Shown: positions 52,323-64,000, numbered from the stretch's first letter. The stretch is DNA of 64,000 nt from an uncultured Acidobacteriota bacterium (GCA_963827655.1 CAWHCF010000044.1:200693-264692); one strand, 5' to 3'. Translations and numbers: made by a program. Notes: generated by a model not told the origin, from the sequence alone.

Positions 52323-55048
52323 CTACCTGTCTCTGGTCAAGAGCAGGAACAGGGCCGCGCCGATCATGGATGTAAGGCTGACAACCAGTCCCCAGAGAAG
52401 AGTCTTCGACCGAAAATGGAGTTCGATGGTGTGCTTCCCCGCCGGAACCGGAATCGCGCGCAAGACCAAGTCGCCACGGATTATCGGGGCCGGGCGGCCA
52501 TCCACGAAGGCCTCCCATCCGGGATAGAACACCTCGCTCAAGACAACGAACGACGCCCGCCTCAGCTCCGCGACCAGCGTCATCCGGTTCGGTTCGTACG
52601 ATGTTATCCCGACCGTGCCAGGTTCCGGTTCTTCCTGAGGAAGCGATTTGGCAATGCTTACGGAATCGATCCAAGGGCCGACACGCCTCCGTCTTCTCGA
52701 AAGAGAGATGATAGTCAGCGCGATCGACTCGACCCAGGTCCAGAACGGCGCTTCGCGGCCTCTCGGGTTCCAGCTCCTGGTTCAACGATGCGGCGAGCTC
52801 TACTGGAATCGCGTCACCCCCTGCGGACCTCGCAGGGTCAGGGTTAGACCGCACTTCTCTTCGGGCGCTGCCGGACAAGCTGAAGATCACGAAGCAATGC
52901 TCCAGCGGCTGGTCGGGGCGGAACAGGATCGCTAGTTCATCGCCGGCGCTCGCACCCCAGGCCGGACGAAACACATTCATTTTGTGACGCTCCAGCTCAT
53001 CCTTGAGCAGCAGAGCCTTTTTTTCTGAAGCGCTCCGCTGGTCGATGCGTCGTATTTCGATCCCATCACTCTCGTTTCTTGCCTCCTTCCAGAACCAATC
53101 GGGAATCAGGCTCAAGTCCTGTTCGCGCAGAAGGACGGTTTCCCGCGGGGACAGAAGCGGGCTCGCCAGCCAGCCGAGGATTTGTTCCCGGCTGGAAAAG
53201 ACTCGGTAGCTGGAGGCGACAAAAGCCCTGGGGACGGCCTTCGGGTTCAGGTAGACGGCATCTCCATCCTCAAAGATCTTTTTCATTCCGGGAATAGCAA
53301 CCGGGCTGGGAAAATATCGGACATTCAGCAAGGCGGAGGCGTTGGATGCAGGCCCCCAACCGGTCCCGCGAAAAGCGAAATAGTCCACCAGCGCCGTGGC
53401 GCCGTGGCCCATGGTAGATTCCACTCTCCAGACGTCACCGAAGTTGGGAGGAAAAACCAGCGCGGGATCATCGACTCGGAAATACTCCACCTTCCGCCTG
53501 GCTCTGAGAAATTCCGCGGCCGGACGCTTCTTCCAGGTATTGCGCACATAGGTGTTCTGCTCTTCGGGCTGTCGCCCCTTTCCTGGAAGCGTAGCTGGAA
53601 AGCTGCGAGGAGAGATCCAGGACAACCAGAGCCACAATCAAGCCTCGAAAAACGGGAGGCCGGATCGACCCCGTGTGCAGCATAAAAATCAGAAAGCCCA
53701 GAACCGTAAGGTAGGTTGCCAGCGCGGCCATGCCCGTAATGTATGGATGATCCATCCCCATACCGAAGCGAAAGTGGAGCAACACCATGAGCATTCCTGA
53801 AAACAAGACGAGAAGGGCGATCCCCCAGCCGGCCCGCCGGACGAACACCCTGAAGATCTCGGCCGGAGCGCCGGAGTATTGGTCTACCAGGTAGTCGAGG
53901 CCCCAGCCCGCCAGCAGGGCAAGGCTCAATTGAAATGGAATCAGGTAGTGAAACACCTCCCGGGCAAACCAGACGCCTGGAATGAAAGTATTGACCCAGC
54001 CGTGCAACGCGGAGAAAAAGCCCCAACTCAAGAAGAGGTAGAGAAACACTGCGCTCCGAAAGAACCACGCTTCCCTCTGGCGCGCAAACAAGAGCCCAAC
54101 CAGCGCCAGAAAGAGCACAAAGCAACCGACGTAGATGCTTGTCCTGGCGCCGAAATAGGGTATCAGCAGGGAAACGACGTCCTGGGGAGCGATGTTGCCC
54201 CCGTGCTGGAGCTCTGAGTACGGCACCTTTTGCCCCCAGACCACCGGCGGAGCACTTCCAGTCCATCGATAAACGCCGCGGGCCCATTCCGACGCCGGCA
54301 ACCACTGTAAGGTAGTAATCAGAACTCCGGTGATAGCTACGACGGCCAGCGCCAGAAGAATTCCGGTTCTCGCCTTCCAGGGGGATTTCCAATCTTGCAG
54401 GAGGGTGAAGACAGCATAAAAGAAAAGGAAGAGCCCGGTGTGGATGGCCGGGATATGATGTCCGGGAAGAAAGGTCAGCGCCAGTCCGATCCCGCCCCAG
54501 ACTCCCCAGCGAACGCGCGCCTTCCAATGCTCCGACAGAAGCGCGCGACGGAAGCAAAGAATGACCAGCGGCATCCAGACAAAGCCGCTCAGCTTGTTCA
54601 CATAGCCGAAGATATGAACGGTATAGCCGCCCAGCGCAAATGAAACTCCCGCGACTGCAGCGCCGTAAGGCAAAAGACCGATAGACCGGGCCAGCAGGAA
54701 GGTGAAACAGGCCATAAGGAAGTAGTTGAGGATCAAGAGGGCCTGCATGCCGTCAAGGTTGATTCCCCCTCCCCGCGCCGGCAGCAGCATGAAGATCCAG
54801 TTTAGAGGATAAAACAACCCCGGCTGCGGTTCTCCCATGAAAGGCTTGCCGGAGTAAACATACGGGTCCCAGAGAATGAGTGTTCCCTTCTTGAACCAGT
54901 ACGACGCCACATCGAACCAGGGGTAGTACGCGCTGGCGACATCACCACCGATGAGAAGGGTGAATTCACCGTGGAAGATTACCTTCCAGAACGCCAGCAT
55001 CGTCACGATAAGAAAGAAGACTGGCGGATATAGTTTCCGGCCCATCAT
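52323..55048 (-). CDS. YfhO-like GT-C membrane protein, paralog 2 (3 or more frameshifts)
   Basis: ORFs 53468..55141, 52273..53637 and 52323..52583 are collinear with paralog 3. Confidence 0.78.
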
Positions 55049-55076
55049 CGTTGATCGGGAAATAACAAATGGATGC

Positions 55077-55168
55077 TTCGCGTTTCTTGGTGTCTTCGAG
55101 TCTTTGCTGGTTAGTGCGGCGGAACAAGGCTCGACCACCAAGACTTAAGGACTCGAAGAAACGCTAAG
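55077..55168. repeat. Inverted pair of REP-like repeats
   Basis: CTTGGTGTCTTCGAGTCTTTGCTGGTT ... ACCACCAAGACTTAAGGACTCGAAGAAACGCTAAG. Confidence 0.7.
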
Positions 55169-56047
55169 TGCTTTCTCAGTCTGGTCGTGCTCCCACCCTG
55201 GGCCGCAAGCAGTTGAGCCAGCCATTGACTCTTCTTCTCGAACTCTTCCTCAACAAACACCAGACGCATGTATTCCGTGAGCAACGGGACGAACCAATCA
55301 CCCATGCGTCTCAGGGTTTGAAGATTGTCGGGATGAGGAAACGTACTGTTTGAGGGCGGTTCCAGCAACGTAACGTACTTGCGATCTCCCAGGAAGGATG
55401 CTCTTCAAACCCAGGAATTCTGCGAGCATGCCAAATGTCTTCAGCGAATAGATGCTGATGTGCCCGCGATTGGACGGATCGATATAAGCGGCCTCCGGAT
55501 CATACTTCTTTATGTATTCCTGCGTCCCGGTATTTATCAGGATCTTACCCCCGGGCTTCAACAGGGAGTTCAGAATAGTCAGAATTTGCTTGGGATCTTC
55601 AAGGTGTTCAAACACCTCGATGCTGTAGATGGCATCGAAGTATCCGGGCGGATATTTCTGTTGCAATTCCTCCAGACTCGACCTTGTGCAAATACTCCGA
55701 AGGCTCGAATTCGCCGGTTGGGTCGACTCCAACGGCATTGAGTCCTAACGATTCGCGCAGGAGCGTAACCGTGATTCCCAATCCACAACCGAAATCGAGA
55801 ATATTCCGCACGGGAATTGTCGAAAGGTACAGCAAGCTCGAGGGCTCTATCGAAACAATCCTCGCGCTCTCTTCGGAGCGCTTCCAGCCGTTCCATGGCC
55901 CAGTACTTGTTGTCGTAAAAAGAGGTGCGTCTCTTTCCTGGTTTCGGCGCGATGAAACAAGAACTCGCACCTCGAACAGCGAAAGTAATCGAAACCATCT
56001 TTCGTAAGCGTAAGAGTCGAACTTGAATTACAGACCGGGCATTTCAT
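55111..56047 (-). CDS. Class I SAM-dependent methyltransferase with N-terminal Cys4 Zn ribbon (about 4 frameshifts)
   Basis: MKCPVC...CSRC, ILDFGCGLG, EVFEHL.DP, LKPGG, H...YS. Confidence 0.75.
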
Positions 56048-56096
56048 CCGAATGATTTTCCTTGCGTCCAAGCAGCGGCAAAACGGAAGAAACAGG

Positions 56097-56310
56097 TTAT
56101 CTGACGATTACTTGAACGTCCACAGGGATCCATCTTTCACGGGTCGGAGGCCTCTGAATCCCGAATCGCCTTGTAGTGATAGACCCCCTCGGGGTTCGAC
56201 TTGTCGACGAAGACGGTGGCGCTGCCGGTTTTCGTCGAGCGCCCAGCCGATCAAGGGAGGCATCGGCCTGCCATCGAGTGTGTAGAGGATATCCAATGCC
56301 AGAACATCCC
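56097..56310 (-). pseudogene. Orphan 3' fragment homologous to the C-terminal domain of the glycosyltransferase ending at 61448
   Basis: With two frameshifts it reads LDILYTLDGRPMPPLIGWALDEN/GSATVFVDKSNPEGVYHYKAIRDS/ERWIPVDVQVIVR*. Confidence 0.7.
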
Positions 56311-56367
56311 CGGGCGGACAGCAAAGAGGGCTTGTGCTATGCTGCTCCATGACCTGTAATGACCACC

Positions 56368-58297
56368 ATGAAATCCACTCGACCCCTCTGCTTGAGCACC
56401 TGCTGCCTATTCATCCTCTCACTTGCATTAGAGTTGAATATGGCGACGTCAGCGGAGCCATCCCATCCAAACAGGATCGGCGCGAATGAAGGGGACGCGA
56501 ATGAAGGGGAGTGGATTCCGCTCTTCAACGGTAAGGATCTGGACGGCTGGTACACTTGGCTCCCTTCCACCGGAAAGAACATCGACCCCAAGGGCGTCTT
56601 CAAAGTTGAGCATGGGGTCCTTCACATTCTTGACATTCCTGTCACCAACGAGCAGCAGGAGTTTGGCTACGTCGCAACCGACAAAGAGTACTCGAATTAC
56701 CGCCTGCGCTTTCAGTATCGGTGGGGTTCGAAACGCTTTGCGCCGCGCGCCAATCAGCCGCGCGACAGCGGCTTACTGTATCACTTCGTGGGCCCGGATG
56801 GGATCTGGCCCCGCAGCGTTGAATGCCAGGTCCAAGAAGGAGATACAGGCGACTTCTACTTGCTGGGTGGGACCGTGCTGATCACAACGGTCGAGTCGCT
56901 CAACCCGGGACCTAGGAAGTACAAAGAGGATGGCGTCACCTATGAGACCCAGCCCGAGTTTGACCAGATAATCCGAAGCGGGACATATGACTCGGTGACG
57001 GACTGGAACACAGTTGAGGTCATCGTCTCCGGTGACACAGCGGTACACGTCGTCAACGGTTCGGTCAACAATCGTGGTACAAGGATGCGTCAGGGCGACC
57101 CCAGCGATCCAACGAACTTTATGCCTCTGACCAAAGGCAGGATCCTGTTCCAAGCCGAGGGGGCCGAAGTCTTTTACCGGAATATCGAGTGGAAGCCGCT
57201 CCCTTCCAATGATGATTCCTCTCATAAGGTACTCGTCTTCTCGAAGACCGCGGGCTTTCGCCACGATTCGATTCCCGAAGGTGTGGCCGCCATCGGCCGC
57301 CTGGGGGAGCAGCACAATTTCAGGGTTGACGCTACTGAAGATGCTGCGGTCTTCAATGACATTAGTCTCTCGGAGTACAGGGCAGTCGTCTTCCTCTCGA
57401 CAACTGGCGACGTCCTTGATGGCAGCCAACAAGCCGCGTTCGAGCACTACATCCGCGCTGGTAATGGATATGTGGGAGTGCATTCAGCGACCGATACCGA
57501 ATATGGATGGCCCTGGTATGGAGCGCTAGTCGGGTCATACTTCAACAGTCATCCGGTGGTCCAGACGGCCGCTGATTCGACTCGAGGACCGCTCGCACCC
57601 TTCGTCGGCGTCACTGCCCGATCCCTGGGTGCGGACCGATGAATGGTACAACTTTCACACCAATCCGCGCGCCAACGTTCGCGTTCTGGCCACGTTGGAT
57701 GAGACCTCTTACTCCGGGGGAACGATGGGTGACCATCCCATCATCTGGTATCACGACTATGATGGCGGACGCGCCTGGTACACCGCCGGCGGCCACACTT
57801 CGGAGAGTTATTCTGAACCTCTCTTCCTTCAGCATCTGGTAGGCGGCATTCAGTACGCCGCAGCCACTCCACGCGCGGAAGCGCTCGACCGCTCCGACTG
57901 GATCGTAACGGCCTCCTCTGGCGATGCACCCACGAATGCAATCGACGGGGACGGTGCGACCCGCTGGACAAGCGGCACGCCGCAGCACAACGGCCAGTTC
58001 TTTCACATCGATTTGGGCGCGGTACAGACCTTCGATAGGATCGTGCTCAACTCAGGAAGCAACAATTTCGAAAACGATCATCCGCGCGGCTATGAAGTGT
58101 ACGTTTCAGACGACGGAGGGCTCTGGAGAGGCCCTGTGGCGAGCGGCCCCGGGGCCAGTCCACTAACCGACATCAACTGCCCTGCGCAGACGGCGCGGTT
58201 CATACGAATCGTACAAACCGGCATCGATCCAGCCTACTGGTGGTCCATTCACGAACTGGACGTGTACCGCCCAGGGGCCAACTCTCGGACGAACTAG
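56368..58297 (+). CDS. Exported DUF1080 + ThuA-like + F5/8 type C (CBM32) fusion protein (frameshift near 57575)
   Basis: LFNGKDLDGW, RDSG, ECQVQE, QAEG; KVLVFSKTAGFRHDSI, GVHSATD, DEWYNF; NAIDGD..TRW. Confidence 0.85.
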
Positions 58298-58346
58298 GCG
58301 CGGCGGCACGACCAGAACCGGGCCGTGCCGTTGGACCCCGTGCCGT

Positions 58347-61067
58347 TTATGGCCTGGGTTTCCTGCGGGAGCGGATCAAGAAAATGCCTGCTCCGGTGAG
58401 CGAGCAAAGGCTCACGATCAGCCCCCATTGGAAGCTTTGAGGCCTGAAACGAACCTCAATCCTATGCGCCCCCTGGGGAACCGCAATCGCCCGCAAGATG
58501 TAGTCTGCAGCCAGCACGTCCGTGGGCCTGTCATCCACAAACGCTTGCCATCCAGGATAAAAGACTTCGCTTAGAACGACGAAAGCCGGGCGCTTGAGCT
58601 CTGCCTGCAGCCTGATCCGGTTGGGTCGGTAGGACGTGATCGTTACGGTCCCCGTCTCCAATGCTTCTGGAATGGACCTGGCAATCCGGAGAGAGTCAAT
58701 CCGGGCGCTGCAGTCTTCGGTCTTGATGAACGACAGCTGATATTCCTGGCGCTCGAGCGGCCCGAGTTCAACCGCAATCGGTCTGGGACCGTCTGCTTCT
58801 CCCTCTTGCAAACCGGCCAGCTCGACCGGAATCTCTCGAAAGCTGTGCGAACTCGTAAGACGAAATTGGACTCGGGAGACAGTCGAGGCCGCGGGAATGA
58901 CGTTGAGGACCAGGTAGCAGTGTTCTACCGGATCATCGGGGCGCAGGCGAAGCACTATTTCGTCTCCGGCGCTCCATCCCCATGGCGCGTGAAATACCCA
59001 CAACCGGTGACGCTCTTCGGCATCGGCGAGTTTTTCCGCTTCTTTCTCGGCGGCTGTCTTCTGGGACAGGACTCCGACCTCAATCCCCTCATGATCGTTC
59101 CGCACAGCGCTTAGAAAAGACGGGTCGATCCTTCCAAGCTCTCGGTTGTGCAGGAGAACGGTTTCTCCAGGCGACATCAGCGGGGTTGAAATCCAGCGCA
59201 GCATTTCGTCGTCGCTCGAAAAAGTGCGGTACCTTGAAGCCACAAAAGCTCTGGAGACGGCACGCGGATTGCGATAAACCTCATCACCATCACCAAAGAC
59301 CCTCTCCGTGCCGGGGATCGCAATCCGGCTGACAAAATAGCGCACGTTCAGGAGAGCGGATGCGTTCGAAGTAGGACCCCATCCTGTGCCGCGAAAGTCG
59401 AGATATCTCACCAGGCCCGATGCTCCGTGACCCATGGTCGCATCCAGCCGCCACGCGTCGCCAAAGTTGGGAGGGAAAACCTCTGACGGATCATCGACTC
59501 GAAAATACTCCCTTTGTCGTAGAGCCCTCAGGAAATCGGCCGCCGGAGGCGGCTTCCATAATTCGTGGACCGCTGGATGGGAGTCGCCGCGCGGACGGGT
59601 CTTCGTGCGAAGATCATGAGAAAACCTCGAGGTGAGGTCGATCACGACGATGGCCAGCACCAGCTTGCGGAAAAGCGAGGGCCGAATCTGCCCGCTGTGA
59701 AGGAGGAACAGTGCACAACCCAGGATGCTCAAGTAAACTGCCAGAGTCGCCGCTCCCCGGATATAAGGATGGTCTATTGAGACACTGTGGACGTGTACCC
59801 ACGCGGCGACGATCCCCGCGCTGAGCACAAGGAGTGCCATCCCCCATCCGGCGCGACGTACAAACACTTTCAGTTCCGGGTGAGACGAAGACCCATAGGC
59901 CTCTACCACAACATCCAACCCCCAGCCCGCCAGCAAACTGAGACACAGCTGCAGAGGAATTAGATAGAGAATGGCGGCCCGGGCAAGCCATGCCCCTGGA
60001 ACAAAAGTGTTAAGCCAGCCGTGAAGAGCCGAGAACTGGCCCCAACTCAGAAACAAGTAAAGAAACGCGGCAATCCCGAAGAACCACGCCTCGCTTTTGC
60101 GCGCGAAAAGAAGCCCCACCAGGACCAGAAACAGGATGGTCGAACCGACATAGAGGTTTGCGCCGGTGGTCATAAACGGCATCAACAGCGAAAGCACATC
60201 CTGCGGGCTTGCGTTCGCTCCACTCTGGAGTACCGAGTAAGGAATCTTCTGACCCCATTGGATCGGCTCGTCTGCTCCAATCCATCGGTAGGCGCGCTGT
60301 CCCCATTCGACGGAGGGGAGCCACTGAACGGTAGTCAGCAGAATCGCAGTCAGTCCCACCCCGGCGAGACTCGATACGGCTTGCATCTTGGCCTGCGACG
60401 GCGACCCGCTCCAGTCGCGCACCAGGACGAACGTGACATAGAAGAGGAGAAGGAGCGCCGAATGGATCACCGGGCCATAGTGTCCAGCCAGGAAAGTGAG
60501 CGACAGGCAAAATCCGCTACAGACGATCGATGCGAGCCGCCGTCTCCCTGAGGGTGCAAACAAGGCACGACGAAAGAAGAGGAAGACCAAGGGCATCCAG
60601 ACAAACCCGCCGAAAATATTCATCCAGCCATAGGTTTGGACGGTGTAGCCACCAAGAGCGAAAGCAATGCCAGTCAGGGAAGAACTGGCTCGAGTGAGAC
60701 CGAAAGAGCGACCGAGCAAATAGCAGGAGTAGCCGGCAATGACAAACTCGAAGATCAGGCGAGCTTCCATGGCTCTGAGATTGATTCCACCTCCGGAGGC
60801 AGGCAGAAGCATAATGATCCAATTGAGCGGATACAGCAGGGCGGGTTGAAGTTCCCCAAGGTTGGCCTTCCCTGAGTAGACATAAGGATCCCATAAGAGG
60901 AAGACTCCTCTCTTGAACCAGTAGGCGGCCACATTGAACCAGGGAAAGAACAGAAAAGACATATCACCACCGGTCAAGAGCGTGAATTCGGCTTGGAAGA
61001 TGACCTTCCAGAAGACGAGAACCGTAAGACCGGCGCTGATGAGAATGGGCAAGAGTCTTCGCATCAT
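58347..61067 (-). CDS. YfhO-like GT-C membrane protein, paralog 3 (intact)
   Basis: Many TM helices, LWDPYVYSG, YP.N, LSEVFYPGW.A.VD, C-terminal TM; likely start MMRRLLP. Confidence 0.85.
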   Translation of the reverse strand: MMRRLLPILISAGLTVLVFWKVIFQAEFTLLTGGDMSFLFFPWFNVAAYWFKRGVFLLWDPYVYSGKANLGELQPALLYPLNWIIMLLPASGGGINLRAMEARLIFEFVIAGYSCYLLGRSFGLTRASSSLTGIAFALGGYTVQTYGWMNIFGGFVWMPLVFLFFRRALFAPSGRRRLASIVCSGFCLSLTFLAGHYGPVIHSALLLLFYVTFVLVRDWSGSPSQAKMQAVSSLAGVGLTAILLTTVQWLPSVEWGQRAYRWIGADEPIQWGQKIPYSVLQSGANASPQDVLSLLMPFMTTGANLYVGSTILFLVLVGLLFARKSEAWFFGIAAFLYLFLSWGQFSALHGWLNTFVPGAWLARAAILYLIPLQLCLSLLAGWGLDVVVEAYGSSSHPELKVFVRRAGWGMALLVLSAGIVAAWVHVHSVSIDHPYIRGAATLAVYLSILGCALFLLHSGQIRPSLFRKLVLAIVVIDLTSRFSHDLRTKTRPRGDSHPAVHELWKPPPAADFLRALRQREYFRVDDPSEVFPPNFGDAWRLDATMGHGASGLVRYLDFRGTGWGPTSNASALLNVRYFVSRIAIPGTERVFGDGDEVYRNPRAVSRAFVASRYRTFSSDDEMLRWISTPLMSPGETVLLHNRELGRIDPSFLSAVRNDHEGIEVGVLSQKTAAEKEAEKLADAEERHRLWVFHAPWGWSAGDEIVLRLRPDDPVEHCYLVLNVIPAASTVSRVQFRLTSSHSFREIPVELAGLQEGEADGPRPIAVELGPLERQEYQLSFIKTEDCSARIDSLRIARSIPEALETGTVTITSYRPNRIRLQAELKRPAFVVLSEVFYPGWQAFVDDRPTDVLAADYILRAIAVPQGAHRIEVRFRPQSFQWGLIVSLCSLTGAGIFLIRSRRKPRP

Positions 61068-61133
61068 AAGTATCAGACCATAGTACCAGACCATCGATCG
61101 CGGACTTGGTCCCGAGCTCAACTCCTGGACTAA

Positions 61134-61274
61134 GGGCTCGCGCAGAAATAACTTCACATTCTGGCGCGAGAGTCGGTGGTCAATTATGAACTGGTTTCTG
61201 TTCGCTGTGCACGCTCAGAATCGCGCCCCTTCGGGCTGCGGCAGCAGAATGCGAACTTATTTCTGCGCGAACCC
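61134..61274. mobile_element. MITE (141 bp), inverted shorter copy of the 32458-32699 element
   Basis: Same TIRs in opposite orientation, CTAAG on both sides. Confidence 0.85.
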
Positions 61275-61447
61275 TAAGTCTAGAATTCAGATAGTGGCCT
61301 CTCTTACTAATTGCGGCTGGCGCGTAATAATGCGATGCCAATCACAGCGAGCGAGGCAAGACTTATGATCAATCCCCAGAGAAAGGTCTTTGAGCGATAA
61401 CGAACTCGAGGGTAAAGTTTCCGCTTCATGGATGGTGGGTGGCGGGG

Positions 61448-63933
61448 TTACTTGACCAGGACTTTAGCATCGACTCGAATCCAATCCATGGGTACAACCG
61501 CTCTGGAATCTCGAATGGCTTCGTACCGGTACAGGCCTCTTGGAGTATCGAGGCCGACGAAGACCGTTGCGGTATGGTTCTCATCCAGCTGCCAGCCATG
61601 AATTGGCGGCATGGTCTTTCCGTTGATACTGTAGAGGACATCGATCGAGGGGACATCAAAGTTCAAAACCCGAAGAGTCAAGTAACTCTTGCCAGCTGTC
61701 GCTTGCGCCGGACTGAGCTCCAACCGTACCGCGGCACGATTCGGAATTTCAAGAGGCTTGCCACCAGATGCGGCAGAAACCACGTGGCCGTTGACTCTCG
61801 GAGGGAGTTCAGACTCAAGCCGCAATTCACCTTTAGAGAGGTAAAAATAATCGAGGTTTATAGCTTGAAAAGGGGTCACCGGCTTGATCTTGAACTCGTG
61901 CGTCCCAGGTTCGATGGGTCCGAGACTGAGATGACACACTCGCCATTCCCCGGCAGTGTCCCCAAAACCGCCGGTCCCATCTATTTCCAGGGTGTCGACA
62001 TAATTGTCATCGAACAACACGTGATACCGTTGCGGTCCAGGCCTCTCAAAGGCGTAGCGGATGTAGAGATGGGCGTCTGCAACTTTCTTGGGCGAGTCGA
62101 AACGGTAAGCTACAAAGTGAGAAGTGTCATGACCCCAATGTTTCCCCAGAGCCTTGCCTTGCGACGCTGTCGGTTTGACATCAATGCCTCCACCGAAGTG
62201 GGCATCCCACTCTTCCGCCTCCCGCAAGTAGAAGAAATGCCCCGCTTGAACGTGGGAGTCTATTTCCGGTCGCGAAATCTGGCAGACAAGATAGATCGGT
62301 TGTCCGTCGCGTTGATAAAACGTTTTTACCACGCGAGCGACGAACCCGTATTTTGCCAGCGCCCGCTTGAAGATCCCGAGCAGAGGATAAGTCTCGAAGC
62401 GCGGCGTGTGAAAGACAAGTAGACTGTTCGCCCGGGTGAGATGCCGGTACATGCCCGCAATCTTCTCGTCTTCGCTCGGGAGATCGATCACGGAGACAAA
62501 GGCCTCTTCTTTCTTGATCCTGCCGTTAGAGAGAACCAGCAATTGAGTGCTGAAGCCCCAGTCCATAAGTAAGAACGTTATGTCCCCCTGCTTTTCTGCG
62601 TAGTCTGCGAACTGATAGATCGCATCCGACCATTCTCCGGTGCCGCCCGTAACGGAAAAGGATTTGAGACATCCGGCGGCCACCACCAGCTGAGGGAAAA
62701 CGAGCACCGCGATACATGCCACCACGGCGATACGGACCAGCCCCACTCTCCCCTTCACTGAGAAATCCCCGACGAGACGCGCCAGGTCTCGAACTGCGAC
62801 AGCAATCAAGACGTGGGTAAACGGGTAGATCATGATCACATGATGAGGACCGGTGGCCTGCTCCGTGGCGCAAAGGAAAGCGGAGATGAAAACGAGCAAC
62901 AGCAAGAAGAACGGACGCTCTCCTTAGCACTAAGCCTCCCGAAAAGCCAGAGCAGCACGATAGAGCCCAACGTAACGAGCAGCGCATAGGCGTGGAAGGT
63001 TTCTTCGACGGGAATGCGCCGAAACAACCATCAGAAATACTTGTCCGTCTTTCCTTCCGCTTCTTGCCGCAAGATCTCGGTAAAAGATCTTGAGTCTTGG
63101 TCATTAACCATCCGCTGCACCGCGCTGCCGTTCAGGGTCTGTCGAAAGAGGTGGTACCGATAGGCGACGTCTTGTTCAGACCACGACGTGGTGACCACCT
63201 TCTGGCGATCGAAGGTTCTCCAAGGGTTCACCACGTTAAACGCGATCAGAGGCGCACACCCCACCAAGAAGCAGGCTAAGCCGAGCGCCAAACCACGCCA
63301 GCTCAAGCGCGCTCTAAGCTTCCGCCAAAAACAGAACGGCAATGCTACGCCGAGCGCTGCGAGAAACCAGACGAAAAGACTATCTTGTCGAACAGGCCTA
63401 ATCCGAGGATCAAGCTGGCCAGGCCGAGGTAATAGGGTTTCCCTTCGTTAAGCCAGCACCACAGCAAATAGAGCGATGATGTCTTAGTGCCATCATTAAG
63501 GCGATCGGGCCCCAATCCAGCTTGTCGCGAAGATGAAGGTTGGATCTGTAGCCAGCAACACCAGAGAGAGGAGCGCGATTTCCCGACCGATCATCGCCCC
63601 GACGAGCTTGTAAGTGAAGGTCAGGGTTATCAGCCCCACAATGATGACCGGCACGCGCGCGCTCGCCACACTGGAGCCGAACAATGCGAATATGGGAGCA
63701 TACAGGTACGCCTTTAGTGCTCCGATGTACGTCATCAGCATGATCGGCAGGTGTTGGCCCCCGATCCGAAACTCCCATTCGACGAAGGAGCCGTCCACAT
63801 TGCCCATTGCCGCATTGGCGAAGAGCACTTCATCGTATTCCAGGCCCGGAAGCTCGAGTTGGATGAGCGAGAAAAGGAAGTAGAGGCCAAAGCTGGCGCT
63901 AACAAAAAAATGTCTTGCTCTCAGAAATCGCAT
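61448..63933 (-). CDS. ArnT/PMT-like (GT-C) glycosyltransferase with C-terminal CBM-like and Ig-like domains (several frameshifts)
   Basis: PGLEYDE, YIGALKAY, LATDP.F, DWG motifs; a CBM6/35-like segment (EAE...IRYA...TGG...W...G.H...INLDY); joins about 5 ORFs. Confidence 0.7.
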
Positions 63934-64000
63934 GAGTCAACGCGAGAGATGCCGAAAAGGAACCTTACGCAAAGAATCGCGAATTATTAGCGTACGAATC

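Noticed and set aside
61068-61157. N-terminal extension of the YfhO ORF to 61157
   Set aside because: It starts inside the MITE; paralogs begin at the equivalent of MMRRLLP
61439-62422. 327-aa ORF antisense to the glycosyltransferase
   Set aside because: Fully overlaps a better-supported gene on the other strand

Overview
This is a GC-rich bacterial chromosomal segment, most likely Acidobacteriota. That assignment is inferred from the CRTAC1/ASPIC-UnbV proteins, the Oar-type TonB-dependent receptor and the TPR/multiheme cytochromes. From left to right it contains: a tocopherol-cyclase-like gene; a membrane M28 protein; PolX-PHP; an AI-2E transporter; a cupredoxin; a CRTAC1/TPR/heptaheme cytochrome/TonB-receptor locus with an embedded antitoxin-Doc module; a PA2779-like protein + C39 peptidase + TPR/Omp85 cluster; PfkB, PIG-L and cytochrome c genes; qor-osmC-DUF1080-pruA; a tandem PAP2/haloperoxidase-like gene; the asd-lysC-dapB-dapA-dapD-DUF1015 operon; a GT-C glycosyltransferase; polA; an SGNH protein; ligA; vapBC; and a cluster of three YfhO-like GT-C paralogs with a methyltransferase, a DUF1080-ThuA-CBM32 fusion and an ArnT-like glycosyltransferase. 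Many genes carry single-base frameshifts that look like long-read errors. I recognised no rRNA, tRNA, CRISPR array, transposase or phage gene. The non-coding DNA is unusually structured: about 25 copies of a 9-nt-periodic REP-like repeat at gene boundaries, three inverted heptamer (GACGATT)n arrays, and two copies of a MITE, one inserted inside a REP unit. The best candidates for an undescribed system are the PA2779/C39/Omp85 sorting-like cluster, the CRTAC1-TPR-multiheme-TBDR locus and the repeat families. All family assignments are by motif recognition, not database search.
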